The notes below the pieces were generated by a model that searched no databases, was not told where the DNA came from, and worked only from the letters and a program-made list of their open reading frames with translations. 64,000 nucleotides of DNA from Antedon mediterranea (Eukaryota; Animalia; Echinodermata). Positions within the stretch are counted from its first letter, which is position 1, and each line of letters starts with the position of its first letter. Position numbers and translations under genes: made by a program. Location: contig NC_092673.1 in NCBI RefSeq assembly GCF_964355755.1, positions 1,240,001 to 1,304,000 on the forward strand. Direction: 5' to 3'. Shown here in pieces: positions 10,201-22,500 of the stretch.

Positions 10201-12134
10201 TTAATTTAATAACTTGATGTAATTATATGGGTTGCGTTTAATTCATTGTATATTTTTTAGCTTTCAAAGGAAATAAAATCGTTAAAACGAAATGCTGAGG
10301 TTAAAGAAGACAACGATGGACAAGCTCAGGTAAGAACATAATTATCAACTTCATTCTCTGTCTAAGCTACACTATCAAACTAGTTGAACTATGCCCAAAT
10401 ATGGCAGTGATGTGCCCAAATATGGTAGTGATGTGCCCAAATATGGTAGTGATGTGCCCAATGGTAGTGATGTGCCTAATGGTAGTGATGTGCCTAATGG
10501 TAGTGATGTGCCCAAATATGGTAGTGGTATTCTAAAAAATGTGGTAGTGATATGACATCATGTCAATATATGGACACATCACATTTTTGATAGTGTAGAC
10601 ACAGCTTCAGAGAGTCGGGAGATGATAATTATATAATATTAATACAATGGAAATAAGCTACTAACCTTTTTAGAGCTATCCTGGAAAAATATTCTAATAT
10701 ATCTGTAGTAATGCTATAACTTTGTATGTATATTTTAAAATATAATAAATATAAATAAATCCAAATAAAATCATACAACCACCATACGCCGTTTAAATTG
10801 CTGACGTTACACTCGCCATCATTTTTTCAGGATACGAAAAGTGTTGACACAGCAATTCAGACTGAGCTATCACTGGACACCGATAGTATTAGCTCACTTG
10901 ACAGTGAAAGGTATGTACTGTAGTCCAAATATACTATGAACAATTAAAAATGTAGTGTCCCCCAAAAATATAAAAAACGAAGATTAATAAAATCAGACTT
11001 TAAATAGTCCATTTTGCAGCTTTCGCGTTTAAAAAGACAAAATAAACGGTTAAATTCAACCAAAAATCTGCTGGCAGCCAATTTGAATGTTTCTTGCTTT
11101 AAATTACAGTTGTTTTTTTTTTCCATCCAATTTTTGGTAAAATTGAATAACTATTATGTAAGATTATAATATCATATTCAACAAAAAAAAAGTTAAAAAA
11201 ATAATTCAGGGGGACAATACATCTTTAAATTATACCACGTGGTGAAACTACTTTTCTATGTAATGTTTCCATGTAAACATTTCTAACTCGCACAAAACAG
11301 TTAAAAAGATAGTCGCACCACCCTGGTTAACAAAGTATCTTTTTAAAATTGTATTTATTTCATTCAGTGATGATCGAAATATGTCCCCAGATTCGTTGCT
11401 AATTCCAGGGCATAGGCATAGCGACCTACACGATCGGTCAGTAGGGTCTCAGAGGTCGGCCTACTTATCTCTACCGCAGCAGAAACCGAAAAAGAAGTTG
11501 GAGGTACCGAGCACGCTTATAGGTAAGATTCTGTTCATTGCAATCATTGTTAAGCTCTGTCTACACTATCAAACTAGTTTGACAACAAAAGTATGATGTG
11601 CCCAAATAAGCAGAGGGTAGTGATATGACATCATTATGTCCATGGGCACATCAATTTTTTGTCACATAAAGTTTGATAGTGTAAGAGATCTTTAGGCTGG
11701 TATTACGAAAAACTTTGTGGAAGACGCCAAACAACAAATATCGATAATTATTGTTCAAATATCGTTGTAGTAGGCCGTACCGCAACATCGTTTTAGCATT
11801 TCGTTTAAAGTTGTTGTTAAATAAGTGCATGAATATCGTACGTCACACATGGGCAACAAGGTACGGAGGACGATCAAAGCATATTCATCGAAACGTCGAA
11901 AAACTCAACTTTTCAGAACTAATATACGTGGTGTACCGCAAACTATATATCAATAAGTTTAATTCATCAACATTAATTTTGCGGGACATTTTCTTTTTAA
12001 AAAACCGTTCACAAATGTTGCTAATTGGATTTTTCACAGGTCAAAGTGTTGATTACACATCTGACGCACCAGCGGCATCTAGTTCGGGATGTTGTCCGTT
12101 TCTTCGATGTTTAAAGCGTATCTGTATGCACTGA
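7237..12134 (+). CDS. Uncharacterised ~396-aa protein, 10 coding exons; acidic/Ser-rich with helical middle and Cys-rich C-terminus
   Basis: Exons 7237-7381, 7916-8017, 8387-8519, 8887-9003, 9336-9478, 9601-9752, 10261-10329, 10831-10910, 11368-11522, 12040-12134 give one open frame (1191 nt) with GT-AG junctions; probable non-coding exon ending at donor ~6895 and acceptor at 7126. Start codon uncertain. Confidence 0.75.
7407..7560. mobile_element. P-superfamily-like MITE (second copy)
   Basis: TIR CAAGGCA(T)ATCTAACAACA ... TGTTGTTAGATTGCCTTG, same termini as 41074-41250; TSD not recognisable here. Confidence 0.65.
7684..7800. mobile_element. MITE family B (AAGCTTGGTTCCCACTAG termini), deleted copy
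   Basis: AAGCTTGGTTCTCACTAGCGACGCAAC ... GTTGCGTCTCTGTTGGGAACCACGTT. Confidence 0.7.
8221..8355. mobile_element. MITE family B copy
   Basis: AAGCTTGGTTTCCACTAGAGACGCAACGCAAGGACG... Confidence 0.65.
8635..8769. mobile_element. MITE family B copy
   Basis: AAGCTTGGTTCACACTAG ... AGGGAACCAAGTTT. Confidence 0.65.
9815..10142. mobile_element. Two adjacent or nested MITE family B copies (9961-10141 nearly intact)
   Basis: AAGCGTGGTTCCCACTAG ... CTAGTGGGAACCAAGCT TIRs flanked by TTA/TAA; older copy at ~9815-9957. Confidence 0.8.
10364..10608. mobile_element. MITE family A with amplified internal GCCCAAATATGGTAGTGATGT unit
   Basis: Family termini and about 6 tandem internal units. Confidence 0.75.
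11552..11692. mobile_element. MITE family A
   Basis: AAGCTCTGTCTACACTATCAAACTAG ... AGTTTGATAGTGTA. Confidence 0.8.
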
Positions 12135-13316
12135 ATGTGACGCTTAGAGGAGGGAGGAGGAGACGGCAATTCACACCGTTTTGTCTGTACTCAGTCGTCG
12201 TACAGTGTGAGATTAAATGTAATTTTACTCCCTCTTAAGTACAGCATAATACAACAATTATAATGGACGTCTGTATAGTGCTATTGGTTTAAGAAATGTA
12301 TAAATTCCTTTTTTGTTAGCCTGTTTGTTTCAATAACTCGTGGCGTTCCTGATAACAAAACACACAAACACTTGGGAAATAGTTACTTTAGGATATTATT
12401 GCACCTCATGCGATTGTAAATAAATTTATATCGTGTTAACAGTGGTTTGTGTTGTATTTATTACAGTGTCCCTCTCACGGATCAACCGCAGTGGTCACGT
12501 ACAACACCTGAAAATATAATATATACCGTAGGCCTATTTATTCGAAGCCCCGCTTTAAATAAACGCCTCCCTCGAATACATTTTTTTTTACAAAATGCAT
12601 CTTTTTAACCAAATTCCTATAAAAGGCGTTTTCATAATCCACAAAACAGATATACTAAAGTTCATTGCCATGTTCTAGTGACTTTTCTCTCATCACACGT
12701 AAAATGCCTACTCTTCTCTTGTACCTTTGCCTTGGTCCGTTTCCAATAAAAGAATCTGAGAATATTGTAAGGAATCCTCTAGTAGGCCTACAGCTATTCA
12801 TTGTGTTTTGGAAGTTTATGTGACGATGTAGTGTAAACATTTTAAATGAATAAACAATGGCAGTTTAAGGAAGGAAATGAAAATAAAGGCTAAGTTTCCG
12901 TAGGAGGTAGGTTAGGAGTGTCTTTTTTTGTCCGCGTTTTAGGGTTACAGATAAATTATTTTGTTCAAGTTAGAGAGACCAACATCACCCCGCATTTTAG
13001 TTTACACGAGTGCTATTCAGAGTAAACATGTCATCATTCTATTCTTTTCTTTACGGTTCCTTCCCCGTTTCCTTCCAAACATTTTATTTACCATTCAAAG
13101 TCCGGGATTTCCCAAGTCAGTAGGCTATTATCAGATCTGGTTGGACCGCCCTCGGAAAATATTGTTGAAATAAATAAAACCATGGAACTATTATAGTTCC
13201 ATGATAAAACTAAATACATTATACGCCGGGCATTGGTGGGACAATCGATCGCAAGATTCGCGTAAAGCAGCTGCGCGCGCATTATATGCCAGGAGATGAT
13301 GCGCGTATATTGTGTG

Positions 13317-13328
13317 TGCGCATGCGCA
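13317..13328. promoter_or_regulatory. NRF1-like palindrome in the SLF2-like promoter
   Basis: TGCGCATGCGCA in a CpG-rich patch about 200 bp upstream of the ATG. Confidence 0.55.
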
Positions 13329-13520
13329 TAACAAATTGATAGATGAGAGGAGCCGATGAGCAGCTGCTAGAGCAGCTAGAGAGAATGAGCTGAAATATGA
13401 TGGTGTGTGGTCCCTCGATTTCTCATCATCATAAAATACATTTTGGTATCATTTTTATGCCTAGTAAGCCAATTAAAGGCCCCATTCAAACGAATAGAAT
13501 ATATTTACTATAATTATGCC

Positions 13521-16500
13521 ATGAAAAGGCATAATATGTGGGGGTAAGTTTTTCAAATACTACTATTTAGTAGGCTAGGCCTAGCTAACCCGACGACCAA
13601 TCCAAGGAATCGTTGTCAGTGAAGCATGTTTTGTTGGTTGTCTCATTGGCGGACGTTTCAATCTGACAAGCCTAGGCATAGGCCTAGTTCCATATGCCAA
13701 CGAAAACAACCAAAAAGCCTGGGCCTATTGTAAGTTTTGACGATAAAATCGTCTAATATAAATAGGCTAGCCCCCTACCCTAGTAAAAAGGGATTTTTAA
13801 AATATAAATTGAGTGAGGTCTGACCTGGCCACATCATTGTTCAATGTTTATCAATTGTTGTTTGATGGTCGCATCATCATTCATTAGCCTGATGATTAGG
13901 CATACTGTAGGCTAGTAGTAGTAGAAAGGGTGTTTTGATATTTATAAACTAGGCCTAAGATTAAGAATATTCCTACTTGATTTGTTTATATTATTATTAA
14001 TTGATTGCAAAACACAAAAACAGCACATTCTTCTTGAAGAGTATGAATAATTAATACAGTTGGTAAACTGACCTGAGCATTGCTTAGGTAGTTACAGTAA
14101 GACTATGTCTAATTAACTGTGCAATATAAGTTCCTGGGGTATTACATTCTATGAATAAGATTCTTGCGTTTTTTGTCAGATCAAATCCCATCAGGAAGTA
14201 TGTTCGTCTCTCAAGTAATTCTGAAAGAGGTGAAGATGGTGGACATAGCATTCCTGGTGTGAATTACATACATACTATGAACAATACAAAAGAAGTGAGA
14301 AAGCCAGCGTTGCTTCCCACTCCACACGATGTGCTCCTCAAGGGACATACAGACCCAACAAGAGCAGACGGAGGTCACACGAGTTCAATACGGCCAGAGA
14401 AACCAGGTTTACTTCCAACACCCGTCACAAAAACGTTTCAAACTAAGTCGGGATTGTTTCCCAGCAGTCGCGACACAGTTGGTTCACTTCAATCAGTTAG
14501 CAGACCAACAAGTGGCCCACCACAATCAGTTAGCAGACCAACAATCGGGTCACCTCAATCAGTTAGCAGACCAACAAGTGGGTCACCTCAATCAGTTAGC
14601 AGACCAACAATCGGGTCACCTCAATCAGTTAGCAGACCAACAATTGGGTCACCTCAATCAGTTAGCAGACCAACAAGTGGGCCGTTAGTTGTCAAAAGTG
14701 AAGAGACTAAAATTAAACCTCAAAACGTAAATATTTCAAAATGTGACAATGGGTCCGAATTGGATGTTTTATTGCCGACAAAAACTAACCCGACAACTTC
14801 CCCATACTTTCCGAACCTTGATGAATTCCTTATGTCTAACTCTGAAGATGAATTGCCCATAAAAGATCAACCGCATAATAAAGAAACTACAGATACTTTA
14901 TCGGAGGTCGGTGGCAATATTTCTGGTGGCAATAATGTTGGCGAAACCAAAAAGAACGCACATGTTTCTTGTTCGTTTATAGATCGTAAACGTTACCAAT
15001 CTGGGCCTGGTTACGATGACATACTGAGAATGGCAAATGAGAATGTAAAGAAACAACGAAGACTATCACAACAGGATCATGTTCACAAACAGGATAATAG
15101 TACCACTGCTACAAACAAAGTTCTTCAAAGAAGTAACAGTGCCAGTCCAAAAAAAAAAAAAGTGCATGAATCGCCCAAGAAATTACTTGATACTTGCACT
15201 AAGAGGAAAGAACAATTGGTTATTGTACCAGAAGTACAAGTAAAGCTTCGCCAAAAAGGAATGCTAAAGATATGTTTGAACAAATTGAATATTGCTTCAG
15301 AAACAATAAAACTTAGTGAAGAACAAGAAACTAGTGAGCATGATAATACAGGTATGTTCAATACAATAAAAAGTTTCCCAATGTTTTTGCTATTTGAACA
15401 TTATAATATACCGTAACATGAAATTTGCATTAATTATCTAACATTCAATTTTCATTAATTATCTAACATTTAATTTGGATTAATCTTGCAGAAAATGTGC
15501 ATTAATCTATCAGTATCATGAAATAAAATTTGCATTAATCTAACATGAAATTAGATCAGGCAATGTTGACCACTAAAAGGGCAACAATTTTTCTTTTCAG
15601 AAAGAAGATCACTTTTCCAAAGTTTTTCAAATAATGAAGAGATTCAGTCAATTGTAAATGAGAGGTTGGAAGAAATATTCATGGACACCAGTGAAACACT
15701 CTGTCATGATTTACCACCACCAGCTGATAACACTGAGGTTCCTCAAGACACCATTCAAAACCCTGCAGACAAAAAGAGAGAAGAATTTGGACTATTTGAT
15801 CGTTTTAGATCATCCGTTACAGTCTCGCCAAGTCAAACACAAAATGAGACGTCACAAGATTCACCTCCTAAAAACAACTCCCCAAAAAAGAACCTTTGTA
15901 AAATAAATCTATTAAACTTTAAAAAATTAAAAGAAAAAGTTTCTACAAGTGCTAGTTCCATTATGCAGATAAAATCTGAACTTGAACCAATACCATGTGA
16001 CCCTGGAAGTGTTCCTGATACTCATCAACCAATCACAAAGGAGAAAGATGATTCATTGGATATTATTAGCAGTGATGATGACGATGATGATTTACCAGAA
16101 CCATCTCTATTTTTAGGAAATGATACTAAAAGGTATTTTCATTTCAGTTATTTAGTTAACTGAATTGTTCAGTTAACTTGTTAAACTAAAGCTCTTTCTA
16201 CACTATCAAACTTTGACAAAACAAAAATTGCGCCCAATAATGGTAGTGATTTGCTTAAATATGATAGTGATATGATATCATCATGTCCATATATGGACAC
16301 ATCACATTTTTTATCATAAAGTTTGATAGTGTAGACGGAGTTAAAATTCTAAAATATTGTGTATAGGTCATAGTTGCTTCAACTACCTAACATGGATATT
16401 TCTTCTTTCCATTTATTATATCAGACTGTTTTTGTAATTTTGCACTCTGTGCTTCCAACAATATACGCTTATTTTTTTAAAATCATTTTAAATAACATAT

Positions 16501-19500
16501 CAAATATTAATTAGTAGTATTTGCATCTACAGTAGTTTACTATACTGTGTTTCTCTGTGTTTTATAAATTTTTAAATATTTTAATTTCAGGTCAAAATTG
16601 GAAAATACAACAGAAATTGAGATCTCCTTCTCTCAAGACAGCCTGGTATGGAATACAACATTTACAATATTTACAAACTTGAGATGTACTTTTTAGTTGT
16701 GTACTGAATGAGTATTAGAATTATAGAAGATGTTCAAAATGAGTATGCTTTGCTTCTTTCCTTTCAGAGTGATTCTCTGTATAACAACTCTATAAATGAA
16801 ACTGAACCAGAACCAGACAGATTTAAATTATCCTTGGACTCCATGGTGCAGAATAAACAGAAAAATGTAAGCTTTATATCATTTTTCATTACTATTATTA
16901 TTTCTATACTACTCTTTCAAATGACAAAATCATTATTTTGAACACATTTAGATGCATTGTACACAAAAAACACAGCATAACAACTAAAGTGATGTCGACA
17001 CATCCTCAACCTTAATTTTGTTCTTTTCTGAAACATGTGGTCTTGTTCTGAAGAGGTCCCTCAGTACAATAAAGTTCTGTCTTCACTAAATTTTATGTGA
17101 GAAAAAAAATGTGTTGTGCCCATATATGGACATATTTAAGCATATCACTACAATATTTGGGTACATCACACTTTTTTGTTTGATAGTGTAGACAGATCTT
17201 AAAAATAAAACAATTATTAATGTAGATAGTTAATGCATTTCCTTTAGGAGTTGAAAAATGCTGAGCTACAGAAAATGACTGAAGACTTACAGGGGGATTT
17301 GAAGACCAATTTGATGGATGAAGCTGACAACCTTGATGACTCCACATCAAATTATATTCTACCAGATCATAAGAGAAAACTAGATAATGTAATGTATCAT
17401 TAATAATGATAAATGACAATGTAGCACTGGCATCCTCCACCCAAGTGACGCTCATGGCGCTATGTGCATTAATAACTTTAAAGAAGTGAACTTTATTAAA
17501 ATATTAAAATACATACATACATAACGACACAATTTGTTAGGTATGAAATAATGGGAAGTGTCAGTCAAAATTTACAAGCTATAAAAAGAATTGGAAAAAT
17601 AAATGGAATATTCCTTAACTACACTAGAGTACAGAGTTTACCAATAAGTAATCATAGTCATACTCTCTATATGCTATTTAACATTCACTTGGTTTTGTCA
17701 TTAGTGAAATAAGCACTTTTTATTATGCCATAGCATTATTTAGTTTTTACGTGTTTTATAGTTTGCCAATCCAACCAATCATATGCCAGATATGTATCCT
17801 GGAGACGAGATTTTCAATCTTAACCAACTTGGTAATGTAAGTATCCTTACTTTACTCTACACCAATTGCTATAGCAACAACAAATGCACCATTAGTTGCC
17901 ATGGATATCATGAAAGCTTATATCAAATAGCTACAGATTTTTAAATTAAGTGCAATTACTGATAACAAAGAACATAAAAAACTCCATTCTAATTTATTTT
18001 AGCATTTATTGATATTTCACTCAAATTAATTTACCAGCTACTCACTCTATCTTTTATGTATTCATGTGCCTTCTTGGTTGTACTCAGGTATTTTATTCCA
18101 GTCCACTACTGTTTGTCTTGTCTTACGTTTCTCCTTGATTGAGGATTGCTGTCTTTTCATTTATGGCATCTATTTATCTGTAATTTGTGGAATGTTTTCC
18201 TAACCATTCCAGGAGCCTCAGTTCCAATCCATGACTTTTCAAAACTGATTGTCTTTTCAGATATTTTCTTTTCCATCCACGTTACGCTTGGCTGACTGCG
18301 GCTTCATCCCAGTCAGAGGAAAGGCAACAGACGATCTCTTGTGGAAAGCCTCCCCAGGTATAACAACAATTTTTTTTTTAAAGATTAAATGATGAAAGAT
18401 TAAGCAATAAAAGACAAACTTGCACTTTCTACACTATCTCTTAATTCAAAGTCATAGGTTTAGCATACATTTTGTTTTACAATCAAAGTGTATGTACACT
18501 AATCAAATGGACTAGAAGCTTTTATATACAGTACAAATAATATATATGTGATTAATTTCAGATAATCTGGTTGGTGTGATTGATTCCTGTCTACTTGTTG
18601 AGGCTCATCTGGTTAAACCATGCCAGGATAGTCTTATGCTTTGGATATTTTATTTCAGTGAGTAACTGTGTATTCTTTAATCTTGATCTTTTATCATGAT
18701 TTTCTAAACACCCTAAAAGTACTTCAATACAAATTTCAATAATTTAGCATTCTAGCTTATGAGACGTTTTCGGGGAAAAAAAGAAGCACCTTATTATTAT
18801 TATTTTGTTGTTTTGTATAGTGTCTATCCATGGTAAGGTTCACACCATCATGCAAGCGTTTAGGACAATGTGGTCTTTGATGAACAACTCAATCAGATTT
18901 AATCAAAGTAGAGTCTGGCTACCAACACTTAAACAGATTACAAGAGTTTTATTAAATTATGGTAAGCCATTTATTGTTTTACTTATTTCTTTTTTTTGTG
19001 TGCATATTTAAATTTTAACTGAAATACTTTCCCAAATCATATACTGAATATGATGTGAAAAATATTATCTTTCTAAATTCTATTTTACTATGATTTTTGT
19101 AATTATTAATTGGTTTTGTTAATTTGTTGTTTCATAGGTGCTTCATTTGAGGGGTTATTTCCTGCTCCTGGCTTGGAACCATCATTCACTCTCAATGAAG
19201 TTGTGTAAGTTAACACTTTGTTTTATGGGATGATGGATGGATGGATGGAAGAAGATCTTAGGCTCTGTCTACACTATCAAACTACTTTGACAAAAAAAGT
19301 GTGGTGTGCCCAAATATGGTAGTGATATGCTCAAATATGGTAGTGATATGACATCATCATATCCATATATGAGCACATTACATTTTTTGTCACATAAAGT
19401 TTGATAGTGTAGACAGAGCTTTAGACAAATTTACAAACATCAAAAGCTGTATTACTAAATAAAAAGCATTTCAAACAGGAATTGAATTAGAGTAAATTAT

Positions 19501-22500
19501 CATTTAAAACTACTTCTTTTTGTATTTAGAAATGAAAGTGGGAAAGGTAAAGAGAATATGGTTGAGGAAGGAACGGAGAATTCAACAAAGAATCAAAGTT
19601 GGACGACAAAGAGATCCTTTCCAACGGTTGGATTGAACCATGTGATGAAGATCATCACACATGGTATGCTCTTAAGAGAGAAGTACAAGCAGTAAGTAAA
19701 TAGAAATATTTCATTTTGATAATAATAATAATAATATCCTGGATTTATAAAACACCTAATGTTGTGGAACCTCTAAGCGCTGTATATATTATTACCCTGG
19801 CCATTTTTGGATCAAACATGCACACATGTAAACATACTCCGATACTGCAGACAGTAATCAATGCAAAGTTGTGTCTTGACCTTACTAGGTACCCATTTGT
19901 ACACCTGGGTGGACAGATTCATGTATTTTTTAAAAATGTATTTAATCACACTCTTGTTTACAACAAGACCAGCTAAAGATTTAAATATCAAACAAAATAA
20001 CAAGCTTGTTATCCAGATACAAGCTTGTTATCCAGATACAAGCTTGTTATCCAGATACAAGCTTGTTATCCAGATACAAGCTTGTTATCCAGATACAAGC
20101 TTGTTATCCAGATACAAGCTTGTTATCCAGATACAAGCTTGTTATCCAGATACAAGCTTGTTATCCAGATACAAGCTTGTTATCCAGATACAAGCTTGTT
20201 ATCCAGATACAAGCTTGTTATCCAGATACAAGCTTGTTATCCAGATACAAGCTTGTTATCCAGATACAAGCTTGTTATCCAGATACAAGCTTGTTATCCA
20301 GATACAAGCTTGTTATCCAGATACAAGCTTGTTATCTAGATACAAGCAGTGCGACACATTAGATTCGAACCCACCATCAGTAGTCAAAAAACCTAATTAC
20401 CTAATAATTCTATTAATGTATACTTCTTTCATACACTTCTCTGTACATGATCAAATTATCTATTGATTAACATAGTTGGCTATGATTTCAGACCTGTATT
20501 TTACACTGAAGATGAATTGATGCAGTTGGTTGGGCTTGTTTGTCGTGTTGCCTTGGAAACAAAAGCAAAAGAGTATGTAATCATTTTAGTTCACAAAGTA
20601 ATGTTGCAAATGTTTCAATACCAGTTTTCTTGATTTAAGATGTGGTAGTTAGCTACTTATTAAAATATCTATTTTCTTAATTTCACTTTAATAGCGACAC
20701 ACTTGGTGAAGATTTTATGCTCTGCTCATCCTCAATAATAGATGCATTTTCCCAACAATCTTGGTCCTCAAAGGTATAGTGTTTCTCATAATGAATTGAT
20801 TAATTCATTCAATCTTTATTTGTTACATACATAAAAAGGTGTACATGGAAAAATTGTTTTTTCTAGAAAGAAATATAGTAAAACAAACAAAACAATTACA
20901 GCATACATTTGATGAAATTAAAATTTACAAAAATAAGATTTATTAAAACATACATCAATCCAATATAAAAGTACTATGTTGTGGTATTCTTTAATTAATT
21001 TAAATTAATCTTTTTTATGTCAGTGCAAAGAATTATGTCGGGTTCTGCCAGGTTTAACTACTCATCATCACAATTTGGTTCACCTTGTCGACTTGTTTCC
21101 AACGTTCACCGATAGAGGGCGGAGCATTAGACGTCTTCTAAGGTAGGAATTAATTATACACCCACATCTCTCTTGATCACCCCACATCTAGTTACACCTG
21201 TAAAGGCTAATTTACACAGACGAACGGTAATGGTATTAAAATTATAGAATATATGTTACTCCTTATGACCATTCACACACAGTTTCTGCTCAGGATGGAT
21301 ACAGATTCTATGTGGGACAAGCTTTAGGTTTTCCACTTTTCTTATTTTTTATTTCAGTTATTATGCCATCCTTAAATTGATGAGTGAGGACAGGCCTGCT
21401 GGAAGTGTAAAAATAAAAAATGAATATCTAACAAGTGAGGAACTTAGAGTAAGTATGCACTTAGCATTGTTTGTTGTTAAATATTGAACAGTAGAGCTGG
21501 ATATGAAATGCTGTGAGGAAATTGAACAACATGTTGGCCAAGAGATTGCACACATTCAGCCACTAGGTTGTGGATATCAATTTGAGTCTCAATGTAAACT
21601 TTTCCAAGACAAGAACTAACAGTGTAATATTAAACAAATAATGCACAAGTCAGAGTGCGTTAGTGGAGATTTAGCACACTTGTGGTATTTAAAATGATGC
21701 GACATGCACGAGGCGCAGCCGTTGTGCCTTTTTGCTGCACACTTTTTGCACTACAGTGCATGATAGTGAAAAAATAAAAGCGCACACGTGACTCATTTCA
21801 ACGCATATGATTGGCTACATCCCATGTTATAAATAAGTATTATTGACTCTTTCATTCTTAGTTTTTTCCATATATGTTTGCTTTATATGTTTATAATATA
21901 AGGCCCTTGATTGTCAGCATACACTCTTTAGGCTCACATCACCCTCTATAAATGAGGTTAATATAAGGCCCTTGATTGTCAGCATACACTGTTTAGGCTC
22001 ACGTAACCCTCTATAAATGAGGTTAATATAAGGCCCTTGATTGTCAGCATACACTCTTTAGGCTCACATCACCCTCTATAAATGAGGTTAATATAAGGCC
22101 CTTGATTGTCAGCATACACTCTTTAGGCTCACATCACCCTCTATAAATGAGGTTAATATAAGGCCCTTGATTGTCAGCATACACTGTTTAGGCTCACGTC
22201 ACCCTCTATAAATGAGGTTAAATACAAAAAAATAAATAAAAATTTGTGTTTTTTTTTACTGCAGGTGTTTCATTTATTTCCTATATTAAATTCAATCCAT
22301 CTAACAGAGAAGACAGACTATTATCAACTATACAGCCTGATTGTGATAGTGAATACATGCATTGGTAATGAGAAGCTTCCTGGTAATGAGAAGGTAACAA
22401 TGATGATAAACAATGATATTTAAATTTAAGTTGTTGATTTGAAGGCTAGCAGTATAGAGTCGGGTTGGTGAACATCAGTCCAAAATACGCAGAATTTTTT

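Noticed and set aside
19861-20466. Three overlapping ORFs (LSRYKLVIQIQACYPDTS repeats)
   Set aside because: Artefact of the 19-bp satellite inside an intron.
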